Both the position numbers and the translations under genes were made by a program. From positions 32,001-96,000 of the forward strand of contig JAGTQC010000004.1 in NCBI GenBank assembly GCA_018396535.1: a stretch of DNA of 64,000 nt, given 5' to 3'. The notes beneath the pieces are model-generated. The model saw only the letters and a list, made by a program, of their open reading frames with translations, had not been told where the DNA came from and ran no database searches. Of the stretch, positions 10,564 to 20,293 are shown piece after piece (within the stretch, counting starts at the first letter, position 1; the number at the start of each line of letters is the position of its first letter). This DNA is from Candidatus Bathyarchaeota archaeon (GTDB lineage: Archaea > Thermoproteota > CALKCG01 > B24 > DRYS01).

Positions 10564-11553
10564 TTGACTCGTATAGCTATCCTATCCTCGAGTTTCGGTG
10601 TATATACGCCTGAAGCGGTTGAGAGACTCAGATCTATAGCAGAAGTCGTTAGGATAGAGTTGAAGGGTAGAAGCCTATCTGAGGATGAATCGATCGAAAT
10701 CCTAAGAGGCTTCGATATACTTATACTAGGTGGTGGATGTATCGTAACCGAGAGGGTTCTACGTGAAACAGGACTTAAAGTCGTAGCTAGGCATGGTGTA
10801 GGTCTCGATAATGTAGATGTGGAAGCTGCTACAAAGCTAGGTGTCCCCGTACTATATACACCTCACGCTAATTCTAGAGCAGTTGCCGAGCATACGTTTG
10901 CTTTGATACTCTCCCTCTCACGTAGGATAACGTTAGCTCATGAATACGTTAGGAGATTACGCGCTTCTCCACCTAAACTCATAGGATTCGAACTTGAAGG
11001 TAAGAAGCTAGGTGTAATAGGGTTCGGTGCTATAGGTAGACTCGTAGCAGGTATCGGTAAAGGCTTCGGTATGTTAATCTTAGTCTACGATCCATACGTG
11101 GATCCCAAGATTATAGAGGATTATGGATGTAGACCAGTAGATCTAGAGACGCTTCTTAGAGAATCGGATATAGTTACGATACATGTCCCTCTAACCAGGG
11201 AGACCTACCATATGATAGGTGAAAGGGAGCTTAAACTCATGAAGCCTACCGCCCTTATAGTAAATACATCTAGAGGCGCTGTTATAGATGAATCCATTCT
11301 AGTTAAAGCTCTAAGAGAGGGGTGGATAGCAGGTGCAGCTCTAGATGTATTCGAAGAGGAACCTTTAAAACCTGAAAACCCGCTCCTATCTATGGATAAC
11401 GTAGTAGCTACACCTCATATAGCCTTTCTGACGGTGGAATCTGTAAGAAGGATGGATACCATGCTCGTAGAAGATATAGAGAGAATACTTTCAGGTAGGA
11501 AACCTCTAAGGATAGCGAATCCAAAAGTCTTAGAGAAACTACCCCTTATCTAA
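10564..11553 (+). CDS. D-isomer specific 2-hydroxyacid dehydrogenase (SerA/glyoxylate reductase-like)
   Basis: RHGVGLDNVD, GFGAIG, HVPLT, NTSRG, LDVFEEEP, TPHIA. Confidence 0.9.
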   Translation: MTRIAILSSSFGVYTPEAVERLRSIAEVVRIELKGRSLSEDESIEILRGFDILILGGGCIVTERVLRETGLKVVARHGVGLDNVDVEAATKLGVPVLYTPHANSRAVAEHTFALILSLSRRITLAHEYVRRLRASPPKLIGFELEGKKLGVIGFGAIGRLVAGIGKGFGMLILVYDPYVDPKIIEDYGCRPVDLETLLRESDIVTIHVPLTRETYHMIGERELKLMKPTALIVNTSRGAVIDESILVKALREGWIAGAALDVFEEEPLKPENPLLSMDNVVATPHIAFLTVESVRRMDTMLVEDIERILSGRKPLRIANPKVLEKLPLI

Positions 11554-11569
11554 ACTCGGATATATACAG

Positions 11570-11851
11570 CTATACTTCCTGTTTAACAGTTGTTTTCAAC
11601 ATATCATCTATCTCTTTAAGCTTTAGCGCTACCTGTCTTCCAAGCTCTGTTAACTTAAATGCTTTCCGAGCCCCCTCCGCCTCTTCTTCGATAAGCCCCA
11701 TCTTAATCAGAGGTATTAGGCTCCTATAGAACGTACTATACCCTATATTCAATCGTCTAGCATCGCTAACTATGACTTTTTCTTGTGTTAGTAGGAATAA
11801 TAGTATTGTTACACCGTGTCTACTGATATCTTCTATCAACTTACTTCTCAC
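11570..11851 (-). CDS. Small winged-helix DNA-binding protein
   Basis: STFYRSL..L...GLIEE....RK.FKLTELG wHTH pattern. Confidence 0.75.
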   Translation of the reverse strand: MRSKLIEDISRHGVTILLFLLTQEKVIVSDARRLNIGYSTFYRSLIPLIKMGLIEEEAEGARKAFKLTELGRQVALKLKEIDDMLKTTVKQEV

Positions 11852-11938
11852 CTACTCATCTTCTATTGATGTTTTTGGTCTATATAAACTTTAAGAAAGA
11901 GTTTAAATAGATCTAATAGCTTTATTTAAAATTTGATA

Positions 11939-13303
11939 TTAAGCATTAATAAAGGTTTTTACAGTTACTTCAATAAAAATTCTTTTCGATTTATATAACC
12001 ATTCTCTAAATCCATCTACATCTACAGGATATTCCTCATAAAGCTTCCTAACCTCATGCATAATCTTAACCGCTCTCCTAAACTTACGTAGAAGCTCTAT
12101 CCTACCTAAACCCTTAGCAAACCTCTTAAGTTTCTCTAGAAAACCAGCCTCTACTCTACCATACATACTCGCTTTAAGTATATCTTCCTCTGATAGAAGC
12201 CTAACCGACATACCGTAGTCTATATCTTCATCTGATAAACTTTGTAGAAACATCCTCAATACGTCTAAAGATGCTTGCTTAGCTCCATAACTTCTCATAT
12301 ACCTTACATTATACATCCATAAATCTCTAGCAGTCATCGATCCTCGATCATACGCCTCAAGTATCGCTTCAGCAGCTAACCTACCTGCATACATTGATGG
12401 CCCTATCCCTCCTCCATGTATAGGGTTAACCTGGCATGCAGAATCACCTACAAGTATAAGCCCATCGGCTACGAGGCTTGATAAAGGTCGCCGCGTAGGT
12501 ACCAGCCCTCCTCCACTGTTTATAATATCCTCGCTTACGCCCTTAACTGTATATAGAAACTTGTAGAATAGCATCTTAGGATTAGGATATCCACGTCCAC
12601 ATTGAACACCTACACCTATGTTAGCCGTCCCATCACTTCTAGGAAACAGCCACGCGTAACCACCCGGAGCATAAACTCTGCTAAGATAGATCTCTCCATA
12701 ATTATAATCGTAGTATTCACCCTCGATTAACCTAATCTCTCTATAGGTAGCTTGAATATCCTCGGGTTTAACATCCCTCTCCGGTAGGAAGCCTTCAGGT
12801 AGGCATCTTCTCAATACTGCCGTAGCTCCGCTTGCATCTACGATAACCCTCCCCCTAAATTCTATACTACCATCCATATGCTTCGCTGTAACCCCTACAA
12901 CCCTTCTACCATCGATTATCGGTTTAAGGACTCTAGTCGAATCGTATAGCTCTACACCCCTTCTTAAAGCCTCTTTAAGTAGGATCTGACCAAATTCGTA
13001 ACGCTTCAACATGAAGCCTGATACACCCTCTCCTACTATCTCGAACACCGTGGACCTACTAGGAGAGTATATTCTCATACCTTTAACTTCGTTTATTATA
13101 GCATTCCAGGGATAAGGTAAGCTTAAGTTATCGAAGTGGTGTCTACCGATGGCATCACCGCATACCTTCCTACCTATATCCTCCTCCTTCTTAACATCTA
13201 CTATACATACCTTTAATCCATTCTTAGCTGTAAATAACGCTGTAGAACACCCTCCAGTTCCGGCACCTACTATCACAACGTCGTATACCTTGCTAGACTC
13301 CAT
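11939..13303 (-). CDS. Geranylgeranyl reductase family (digeranylgeranylglycerophospholipid reductase-like)
   Basis: GAGTGG FAD motif, KVCGDA, PGGYAWLFP, VGDSA..VNPIHGGG. Confidence 0.9.
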   Translation of the reverse strand: MESSKVYDVVIVGAGTGGCSTALFTAKNGLKVCIVDVKKEEDIGRKVCGDAIGRHHFDNLSLPYPWNAIINEVKGMRIYSPSRSTVFEIVGEGVSGFMLKRYEFGQILLKEALRRGVELYDSTRVLKPIIDGRRVVGVTAKHMDGSIEFRGRVIVDASGATAVLRRCLPEGFLPERDVKPEDIQATYREIRLIEGEYYDYNYGEIYLSRVYAPGGYAWLFPRSDGTANIGVGVQCGRGYPNPKMLFYKFLYTVKGVSEDIINSGGGLVPTRRPLSSLVADGLILVGDSACQVNPIHGGGIGPSMYAGRLAAEAILEAYDRGSMTARDLWMYNVRYMRSYGAKQASLDVLRMFLQSLSDEDIDYGMSVRLLSEEDILKASMYGRVEAGFLEKLKRFAKGLGRIELLRKFRRAVKIMHEVRKLYEEYPVDVDGFREWLYKSKRIFIEVTVKTFINA

Positions 13304-13309
13304 ATTATC

Positions 13310-13789
13310 TCACCTATGTAGTATTCTACCTTCAGAATCTATCTCACCCATCTTTATCCTCCTCGATGATATAGGTTCTCCATCATCAGCTAGGACGAAT
13401 GGTACGATAACTATACTTAAAGGCTTTAACCCCTTAGAAGCTCTTATACTATTTATCTCTTCAGCTCTAGGTCTAGTCTCCTCCGTTACGAATATAGCTT
13501 CAAGCTCCGCCATATCGGCGGCTACACCGTATACATCATCGAGTTTAACTATACTATAACGCTCCTTATACATGGAATCTAGGTATGCTCTAAGCCTCTT
13601 CTCCCTACACCTGTACGGTGAAACATTGTAGGGTTTATTAAGCTTCGAAGCAAGCTCATCTGAAGTTAACCCTATGAGGACGTGGTCAGATTGTTTGAAG
13701 GCTTCATCGAGTAGTTTTTTATGTCCTGCATGTATTGTTTCGAATGTGCCGCCTACACATGCTAATCTAAACAATCTTCCATACCCCAT
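13310..13789 (-). CDS. coaD: Phosphopantetheine adenylyltransferase (archaeal)
   Basis: VGGTFETIHAGH, IGLTSD, VTEET, ISSRRI..GEID.EG. Confidence 0.92.
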   Translation of the reverse strand: MGYGRLFRLACVGGTFETIHAGHKKLLDEAFKQSDHVLIGLTSDELASKLNKPYNVSPYRCREKRLRAYLDSMYKERYSIVKLDDVYGVAADMAELEAIFVTEETRPRAEEINSIRASKGLKPLSIVIVPFVLADDGEPISSRRIKMGEIDSEGRILHR

Positions 13790-13805
13790 CGGTTATACAC
13801 CTAAC

Positions 13806-14315
13806 CTATATTATCTTCATAAGCTCCTCCTTAGACCTTCTATCCATCTTCTCGTAATCTTCTATCAGATAGATATTCTCATCGATATCAACTATGACTA
13901 TCTTATTATCGATTCTATACACGTTTCTCCTACCTATTATCTTGAACGTTCTATCACCTTTATCAGTATTAACCCTGCATATATAGTATTCGCCTGTATA
14001 CGTTATATCGTATACGCGTATAATCGAGGGTACGAAATATCTTCTATCAAGTATACGTTCTAATAGCCTTCTCTGATCCTCCTTAAGCTTACGCATATCT
14101 CTAACTACACATATATCTTCATGAGTTATAGAGGATCTAAATAGAACATAGTATGGGTTTGATAAAGGAAACGGTTTAATAGGTTCTACATCATCATACC
14201 GTTCTCCATCAATATATATGGTTAGCAAATCCTTCTCCTTATCGTATTCTATCTCTATCCTATCCGGGTCTACTATACGGAAGGCTATCCTAGCATAATC
14301 CTTAATACTGCTCAT
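13806..14315 (-). CDS. DUF1854 domain protein
   Basis: FPLS.P..Y, L.RRYFVP.I.RV, V.TDKG..F, D...N.Y.I.D....D pattern; abuts the upstream ABC gene. Confidence 0.8.
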   Translation of the reverse strand: MSSIKDYARIAFRIVDPDRIEIEYDKEKDLLTIYIDGERYDDVEPIKPFPLSNPYYVLFRSSITHEDICVVRDMRKLKEDQRRLLERILDRRYFVPSIIRVYDITYTGEYYICRVNTDKGDRTFKIIGRRNVYRIDNKIVIVDIDENIYLIEDYEKMDRRSKEELMKII

Positions 14316-16433
14316 CTACGGGTTCACCGGGGTTTCGATAGGTTTCTCCTGGAATTGCGTATTCCAGAGTTTAGCATATAACCCGTTTTTCGCGAGCAGT
14401 TCTTCATGAGTACCTATCTCGACTATCTCACCCTTATCGAGAACTATCAGTTTATCTACATCCTTAACTGTGCTAAGTCTATGAGCTATTATAATCGTAG
14501 TCCTACCCCTAGCTATATTATCTAACGCCTTCTTTATCCCATCCTCGGTTATGGTATCCACACTACTAGTAGCTTCATCTAATATAAGTATCTTAGGATC
14601 AGATATCACTGTTCTAGCTATAGCTATCCTCTGACGTTCACCCCCAGATAGCATGCCTCCCCCCTCACCGCACGGCGTATCATATCGTAGAGGTTTCTCT
14701 AGTATGAAGTCGTGTGCTAAAGCTATCTTAGCCGCAGCCATAACCTCTTCTGGTGTAGCATCAGGCTTACCGTAGCGTATATTGTTAAATATGGAATCGT
14801 TGAATAACCTCGGATCCTGGCTTACTATACCTATCTGTCTCCTTAAGCTCTCTATCCTTATATCCCTTATATCGACTCCATCTAAGAGTATCCTACCCCT
14901 ACTTACATCGTAGAATCTTAGTAGTAGCTTGGTTATAGTCGTCTTGCCGCTGCCTGTAGGCCCAACTATGCCTACTTTCTCTCCAGGCTTTATCTCAAAG
15001 TTTATATTCTTCAATACATTGGTGTAGGGGGTATAGCCAAACCATACATTCTCGAACTTTATCCACCCCCTAATATCTAGATCAATACTCTTAGGTGAAT
15101 CCTTTATACTCGGCTCCATAGACATTAGGCTTTGAATCCTCTCCGCGGCTGTACTAGCTCTCTTCATAGGTTCAACCATACTTATAAGCGTCTGTATCGG
15201 CCCGTAGAACTGGCTTACATAGGATATGAAAGCTGAAAGTACCCCTAAAGTTATCCTTCCTCCTAGAACTTCTAATCCTCCAACCCACCATATGATAGCT
15301 GTAGCCGATGATATCGCGAAGCCTAACATAGGGAAGAATTTCAGGTTGAGTATTGTCGATTTTAAGCCTGCTTTAACGACTTCGTTCAACTTCGTCTTTA
15401 ATCTATCTTCCTCGTATCCCTCCATACAGTATGCCTTAACAACAGTAAACCCAGGTATAACATCTACTAGTAGTGCAGATACATCGGTAGACCTCCTCCA
15501 CTCATAGTGGTAGACCCATCTAGCCTTTCTACTAAACATGGATACACCCAAGATGAGTAGAGGTAGGGGTGCTGAAGCTATCATAGCTAGTCTCGGATCT
15601 AACGCGAATATCATCGTAGCTACTGATGCTAGCGATATTATGCTCCTTAAAAGCTGCTCCAACCCCCATGATAAGAACCAGTTCACCCTACTAGCATCAT
15701 CGGTTATCCTAGATATGAGTCGACCAGACTCATATGTATCCAGTATATTCGGTTGGAACCGCATTATATGCTTAAACAAGTTAACCCTTATAGAATACAT
15801 AACTTTAAGGCTTACATAGGATAACGTATAGCTACGCACCGCACCTAACATAGAGCTTAAGGCTTGTGTAACAACTATTATCACGATTATAACGATAAGC
15901 TGCTCCCTCCTCTGACCAAGGATAACATCATCGATCAATATCCTGAGATAGTATGGTGGTAATAGCCCTAGGAATATGCTAGCTATCCCAGATGCTATAC
16001 CTAGAATTAGAGCTAGCTTATAAGGTAGAGCAAATCTTAAAACAAAGAGTAGGGGGGTCATTTTGAAACTGGTTCTCTCCTGCTCCCCTCTCTGATTACT
16101 GATAATCGCTCTCGTAGATGATGCATTCTCTATAAGGTTGGCGGCTTCGTTAAACTCTCTTCTCAAACTCTTCGTAAACCTTATGAGATGCATAGCTCTT
16201 CCATCTTTAAGTATCAGCTTTAACTCGCTATTACCTACATAATCCACTATATTTACTGAGGATATAGATGATAGATCTATGGAGTTCACAATCCTACCCC
16301 TATCATCGCATACTATACAACGTTTATTCGTGATGATAAGCTGGCTAACACCGTATCTTCCATCTACTCCTATATCGCTTTCAAACCTAGCTATTATACT
16401 CTCATCATCGCTTAAATCTAAGTTAACCTCCAT
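14316..16433 (-). CDS. ABC exporter (permease+ATPase) with N-terminal PH-like extension
   Basis: N-terminal SDIGVDGRYG...LIITNKR domain, TMD, GPTGSGKTT, LSGGERQR, ILDEATSS. Confidence 0.9.
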   Translation of the reverse strand: MEVNLDLSDDESIIARFESDIGVDGRYGVSQLIITNKRCIVCDDRGRIVNSIDLSSISSVNIVDYVGNSELKLILKDGRAMHLIRFTKSLRREFNEAANLIENASSTRAIISNQRGEQERTSFKMTPLLFVLRFALPYKLALILGIASGIASIFLGLLPPYYLRILIDDVILGQRREQLIVIIVIIVVTQALSSMLGAVRSYTLSYVSLKVMYSIRVNLFKHIMRFQPNILDTYESGRLISRITDDASRVNWFLSWGLEQLLRSIISLASVATMIFALDPRLAMIASAPLPLLILGVSMFSRKARWVYHYEWRRSTDVSALLVDVIPGFTVVKAYCMEGYEEDRLKTKLNEVVKAGLKSTILNLKFFPMLGFAISSATAIIWWVGGLEVLGGRITLGVLSAFISYVSQFYGPIQTLISMVEPMKRASTAAERIQSLMSMEPSIKDSPKSIDLDIRGWIKFENVWFGYTPYTNVLKNINFEIKPGEKVGIVGPTGSGKTTITKLLLRFYDVSRGRILLDGVDIRDIRIESLRRQIGIVSQDPRLFNDSIFNNIRYGKPDATPEEVMAAAKIALAHDFILEKPLRYDTPCGEGGGMLSGGERQRIAIARTVISDPKILILDEATSSVDTITEDGIKKALDNIARGRTTIIIAHRLSTVKDVDKLIVLDKGEIVEIGTHEELLAKNGLYAKLWNTQFQEKPIETPVNP

Positions 16434-16542
16434 ACCAAGGATATAGACCGGAAGTACCTTGTCAGAATTAAAGTTTACGTACCTAGTTCAAGTAAACCTG
16501 GTAGTTAGCGTCGTATAAGTTAAATCGTAGACTTACGTACTT

Positions 16543-17718
16543 TCAACCCTCACCTTCGCAATATTCCTCTAGATCTAGTAAAGCTGACATATGTCTTGCA
16601 AACGCCTCGTATGGAGACTCATATGGGCTGAAATACATGTGAACCATACCTGCCCCACCTCCTTTAACGCTTTGATAATATAGTAGATCGCTACACTGCA
16701 GCATCCTCCAAGCTTCTAAAGCCCCCCTATCGTTAGAAGATTTAACGATCGACTCCAGCCGTTCTATCCGGTTGAAGCATAATCTTTGCATATCGTTGCC
16801 TATCCATGCGGAGAGATCTCTCTCTTCATCAGCCCACGATACCGGGTTGCTATCAGGGACCTCCACCTCATCTACCGGATGGTATTCATCTATTACCTGG
16901 CTTGGTGTCAAGAATCTTATACCTCGCTTAATAGCCTCCCTAGGTAGCCATGCTAGAAAATCCATTATACCAGTCTCTGCTGGATGATGCTCACCGAATG
17001 TCTCGTAATCCATGAAGACTAGTACATACTGTCCACTACTCCTAGCTATCCACTCACTATACTTATCCGCTGTTAGGGGGTATTCCACCCAATCCCTAGC
17101 TGAGAATCTAAACCCTATATCATCTGAAAGCCTGTAATTCCTAGTTAATATCCTCAAACTACTATCCTTAGCCTTGTATAGATAGTTAGGGCTCCTCCAA
17201 TTCAACACTCTTTCAGCCCCCTCTGTTATAACAGCTTCGAATCCTAGACTCTCCGCTTCAACACCTATCGAATCGCTGTATATGAGTTCAGTATTCTCTA
17301 GTATCCTCGGCTTAATTCCGAATGCCTTTCTCATAATGTCTACATGCTTCTTAACTTGAAATCTAAATTCATCCTTCTCTTTATAGATCGATGCGAGGCT
17401 ATGATAGTATGTTTGAGCTATGAATTCTACACATCCCGTATCAGCTAGTATCTGGAATGAATCTATAACCTCAGGCATCCACATCTCAGCTTGTTTGAGT
17501 AGGAGTCCTGAAATCGAGAATGCTACCTTAAACCGGCCGTCACTTTCCTCTATAATCTCCGATATTATCCTATTAGCTGGTAGATAGCATCTATAGGATA
17601 CCCTCTCCAGCATCTTCCTATTAAGCTGATTATCGAAGTATCTATATGGTAGTCTACCCTTAAACCTGCGTCTAAGTCTAAAGGGTTGATGTACTTCGAA
17701 AACTAGGACTAAATCCAA
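16543..17718 (-). CDS. GH57 alpha-amylase
   Basis: FEVHQP, TYYHSL, NTELIY (nucleophile), FMDYETFGEH (acid/base), SWADEERDLSAW. Confidence 0.92.
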   Translation of the reverse strand: MDLVLVFEVHQPFRLRRRFKGRLPYRYFDNQLNRKMLERVSYRCYLPANRIISEIIEESDGRFKVAFSISGLLLKQAEMWMPEVIDSFQILADTGCVEFIAQTYYHSLASIYKEKDEFRFQVKKHVDIMRKAFGIKPRILENTELIYSDSIGVEAESLGFEAVITEGAERVLNWRSPNYLYKAKDSSLRILTRNYRLSDDIGFRFSARDWVEYPLTADKYSEWIARSSGQYVLVFMDYETFGEHHPAETGIMDFLAWLPREAIKRGIRFLTPSQVIDEYHPVDEVEVPDSNPVSWADEERDLSAWIGNDMQRLCFNRIERLESIVKSSNDRGALEAWRMLQCSDLLYYQSVKGGGAGMVHMYFSPYESPYEAFARHMSALLDLEEYCEGEG

Positions 17719-17755
17719 TAATGATCCACCCTCTACCGTTAACTCCTATAGAAAG

Positions 17756-17780
17756 TTTATTTTATGCATTCATCATAAAA
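17756..17780. promoter_or_regulatory. Overlapping divergent promoters of the glycogen cluster
   Basis: AAAGTTTATT on + and AAAGTTTTATG on -; inverted repeat TTTTATG-N7-CATAAAA at 17760-17780. Confidence 0.45.
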
Positions 17781-17790
17781 CTTTTACGAG

Positions 17791-20289
17791 GTGCGAGCTC
17801 CTCCTGTTTTTATAATGGCTGGTGGTGAAGGAACTAGACTACGTCCTCTCACTTCGAATAGACCTAAGCCTATGGTTCCTATAGCTAATAAACCTGTACT
17901 CAAGCATACTTTCGAAACCCTTCTATCATTCGGGTTCAAGAAGTTCATATTAACCCTCCACTACATGCCTATGGTGGTTGAGAAGTACTTCGGTAATGGC
18001 TCGAGCATAGGTGCAGAGGTATCCTATAGCATAGAGGATAGACCTATGGGTACTGCTGGAGGTGTAAAATCTGCTATAGAGATGTATGGAGTCGAAGAAG
18101 GTACCATCCTAGTTTGGAGTGGTGACGTACTTTCATACTTTGATGTAAGCGATATGTTAGATTTCCATAAAGATAAAGGTTCTATTCTGACTATAGCATC
18201 TACCAAGATCGATAATCCTGTAGAGTTTGGTGTACTAGTATTCGATGATGAGTATAGGGTTAAGCGGTTGCAAGAGAAGCCTTCATACTCTGAAGTTTCT
18301 AGTCTATGGATAAACTGCGGTATATATATCTTAGAACCTGAAGCCTATAACCAGATACCTCCTGGTAAATCATACGATTTCTCTAAGGATCTTATACCTC
18401 AACTCATAAGCGAGGGTGAGCCAGTTTACATCTACCCTCTTAAAGGCTACTGGAACGATATAGGTACCCCTTTAAACTATCTACAGGCGAATATCGATGT
18501 TCTAAACCGTAGAGCTGGTATGCTAAAACCAGCTGGTTTAGAGTATGAGCCAGGTATATGGGTTGAAGATCCTGATGTTATCAACAATATCCATTTGACT
18601 CCACCTGTAGCTATAGGTGGAGGTTCAACTATAAGCTCTGATGCATCGATAGGGCCATCATCGGTCTTGGGACGTAATGTATCAGTAGGTGATGGTGTCT
18701 CAATATCTAGGAGTATTATATGGGATTCCTCGGTTATAGGAGCATATTCTAGGATCGATGGCTCGATTATATGTGAATCATGTATACTAGGCGAAAGCGT
18801 TTTATGCAACCCAGGTGTAGTAGTGGGTGATAGATGTAGGATCGGTAAGCATAGCGTTATCCGTTCTAGTATTAGGATATGGCCTGAGAGACTCGTAGAC
18901 TCATACTCGATAGTCAGCTCAGATATCAGATGGGGGATAAGATGGTATTCGACATTATTCACGGTTGAAGGTGTAACTGGAGCTGTAAACGTAGAGGTTA
19001 CACCAGATTTTGCAGCTAAACTAGGTTTAGCTATAGGTTCATGGTTGAATATCGGTGGAAGGGTAGCTGTAGCTAGAGATAACTCTACGATATCCAGGAT
19101 GATTAAGCGTAGCCTTGTTTCAGGTCTCCTCGCTGCTGGTATCGATGTAGAGAATCTTACAGTAACACCGCTACCGCTTCTTAACTCCTACATACCCAGA
19201 TATAAACTCGACGGCGGGGTATATGTATCTGCCCCCGCTCATGCTCCTGGGCATATCGTTATAAAGGTGTTAGATAGGCATGGGGTAGAGATAGGCGGAT
19301 CTGAGAGAAGAGCTATAGATGAGATTTTATTTAAGGAGTCATTTCGTAGAGTTAAACCTGAGGATATAGGTGAGCTAACTTATCCAACCGGGTTTATGGA
19401 GGAGTATGTAGACGATCTACTGGCCCGCTCATCGATCGGTAGCTTGAGAGGTATAAAGCTTGTAGTAAACGCTGTCGAAGGATCGACTTCTGCTATACTA
19501 CCTATACTCCTAGATAGGCTCGACGCCGATGTATTCCTTCTAGGCGTACGGAGTGTTAGATCTACGAAAACTAAAGGTATATTAGAGGAGGTTGAAGCGA
19601 CATCTAGAGTTGTTCGCTCTATCAATGCTGATCTAGGCTTCATATTCGATTGTAGCGGTTCTAGAATACTTGTAGTAGATGATGAAGGTATCCCGTTACA
19701 AAGCGAGTTAACTCTAGGTATGCTAGCGTATTATCTAGCTGAAATAGGTAGTATAGGCAATGTAGTTTTATCATCGTGTATCCCCGAATCCATATACAAC
19801 TATATATCCAATTTAGGTTACAACGTTATGAGATGTAAGAGAGACCCATCCGCTCTACTTAGAAGTATAATAGATTCTAAAGCGGTATTCGGAGGGGATG
19901 AAACTGGTAGAATCTGTATATCTAGATTAACACCGTTCTTTGATTCTATAGCTTCGATGCTAGTTATGCTAGAACTTCTATCTAAGCATAGGATTAGCTC
20001 TATCAGAAGACAGATACCTTTAAAGTATAAGGTTGATGGTTCAGTAGAGTTGCCTAGGAGATCTATGAGTAGAGTTATAGCGAGGCTGAGGGAGGAGCTT
20101 GGAGATTACGATGCTCCTGGTATAGAAGGGTTGAAGATAATCGAGGGCGATGCATATATATCTATCGTACCCTCCCTAGAGGAACCTAAGATACTACTAT
20201 ACGTCGAATCTGAGAATCCTGAGATAGCTAAGAGCATTCTGAGAAGGTATGAAGATATAGTTAAGCTCATCGTATCATCAGAGGGTTGA
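17791..20289 (+). CDS. Sugar-1-phosphate nucleotidyltransferase fused to hexapeptide repeats and a phosphomannomutase-like domain
   Basis: MAGGEGTRLRPLT..RPKPM, GTAGG, QEKP, YWNDIG; left-handed beta-helix; LFTVEGVTG..N...TP..A.KLG and VARD start of the PGM/PMM fold. Confidence 0.88.
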   Translation: MRAPPVFIMAGGEGTRLRPLTSNRPKPMVPIANKPVLKHTFETLLSFGFKKFILTLHYMPMVVEKYFGNGSSIGAEVSYSIEDRPMGTAGGVKSAIEMYGVEEGTILVWSGDVLSYFDVSDMLDFHKDKGSILTIASTKIDNPVEFGVLVFDDEYRVKRLQEKPSYSEVSSLWINCGIYILEPEAYNQIPPGKSYDFSKDLIPQLISEGEPVYIYPLKGYWNDIGTPLNYLQANIDVLNRRAGMLKPAGLEYEPGIWVEDPDVINNIHLTPPVAIGGGSTISSDASIGPSSVLGRNVSVGDGVSISRSIIWDSSVIGAYSRIDGSIICESCILGESVLCNPGVVVGDRCRIGKHSVIRSSIRIWPERLVDSYSIVSSDIRWGIRWYSTLFTVEGVTGAVNVEVTPDFAAKLGLAIGSWLNIGGRVAVARDNSTISRMIKRSLVSGLLAAGIDVENLTVTPLPLLNSYIPRYKLDGGVYVSAPAHAPGHIVIKVLDRHGVEIGGSERRAIDEILFKESFRRVKPEDIGELTYPTGFMEEYVDDLLARSSIGSLRGIKLVVNAVEGSTSAILPILLDRLDADVFLLGVRSVRSTKTKGILEEVEATSRVVRSINADLGFIFDCSGSRILVVDDEGIPLQSELTLGMLAYYLAEIGSIGNVVLSSCIPESIYNYISNLGYNVMRCKRDPSALLRSIIDSKAVFGGDETGRICISRLTPFFDSIASMLVMLELLSKHRISSIRRQIPLKYKVDGSVELPRRSMSRVIARLREELGDYDAPGIEGLKIIEGDAYISIVPSLEEPKILLYVESENPEIAKSILRRYEDIVKLIVSSEG

Positions 20290-20293
20290 AGCT

